The position numbers were made by a program, and so were the translations under genes. This document shows positions 63,771-64,000 of a DNA stretch of 64,000 bases, in pieces (position 1 is the first letter of the stretch; the number at the start of each line of letters is the position of its first letter). The notes under the pieces are model-generated. The model did no database searches, was not told the DNA's origin, and saw nothing but the letters and a program-made list of their open reading frames with translations. This DNA is from an uncultured Planctomycetaceae bacterium (lineage in GTDB: Bacteria > Planctomycetota > Planctomycetia > Planctomycetales > Planctomycetaceae): assembly GCA_963815195.1 (NCBI GenBank), contig CAWFGE010000008.1, positions 160,001 to 224,000 on the forward strand. The letters are read 5' to 3'.

Positions 63771-64000
63771 TCATTCGCCCTGGGCATCGGTAAGGCACCA
63801 TGCGAGCCGGCCCAAGAGGCGGGGATAGACGAGCAGGCCGATCGCCATAAACGGCCCCGTCACGGCGGCGGCGTAGAACGGCTGCACTTGGTAGCCCAGA
63901 ATGAAACTACCGGGCCAGACGAGCGCGAGCCCCGCGGACGCCGCATAAAATCGGCCCCAAGCCCAGGCCCCCGAGCCCAGGCTTTTGATGATGAACGGCG
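63771..64000 (-). CDS. 3' end of a membrane protein paralogous to 12526-14133 (partial)
   Basis: Manual translation PFIIKSL..WGRFYA..YPRLLGRLAWC matches PIVRSL..WAVFYG..ARLLGRLGWR. Confidence 0.75.
   Translation of the reverse strand, partial: PFIIKSLGSGAWAWGRFYAASAGLALVWPGSFILGYQVQPFYAAAVTGPFMAIGLLVYPRLLGRLAWCLTDAQGE

Overview
GC-rich bacterial DNA with Planctomycete-type gene content (DUF1559 protein, zinc-ribbon/HEAT membrane proteins, abundant REP-like palindromes). Many conserved genes carry single frameshifts that look like sequencing or assembly indels. Bases 1-38.5 kb are chromosomal backbone: a CpaC secretin, a two-gene pyruvate:ferredoxin oxidoreductase split by an AT-richer toxin/immunity-like cassette, mnmE, ABC ATPases, yggS-yggU with a direct-repeat-flanked dcd cassette, a TolC-family protein, an FHA-GAF-GAF-PAS adenylate cyclase and tRNA-Arg(TCG). 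The most notable locus is 22.4-28.2 kb, a candidate non-canonical NHEJ system: two tandem, highly divergent Ku-like genes (possible heterodimer), an ATP-dependent ligase with a WGR-like domain and basic tail, a BRCT-MerR-TPR protein and a stand-alone LigD phosphoesterase. Bases 38.6-63.6 kb form a mosaic genomic island at the tRNA: tyrosine integrase, excisionase, four PC4-like proteins, Replic_Relax-like genes, a group IIC intron fragment, an ergothioneine/oxidative-stress cargo block, an IS481-family element and two IS1380-family copies. All family assignments are from by-eye motif recognition; no searches were run.
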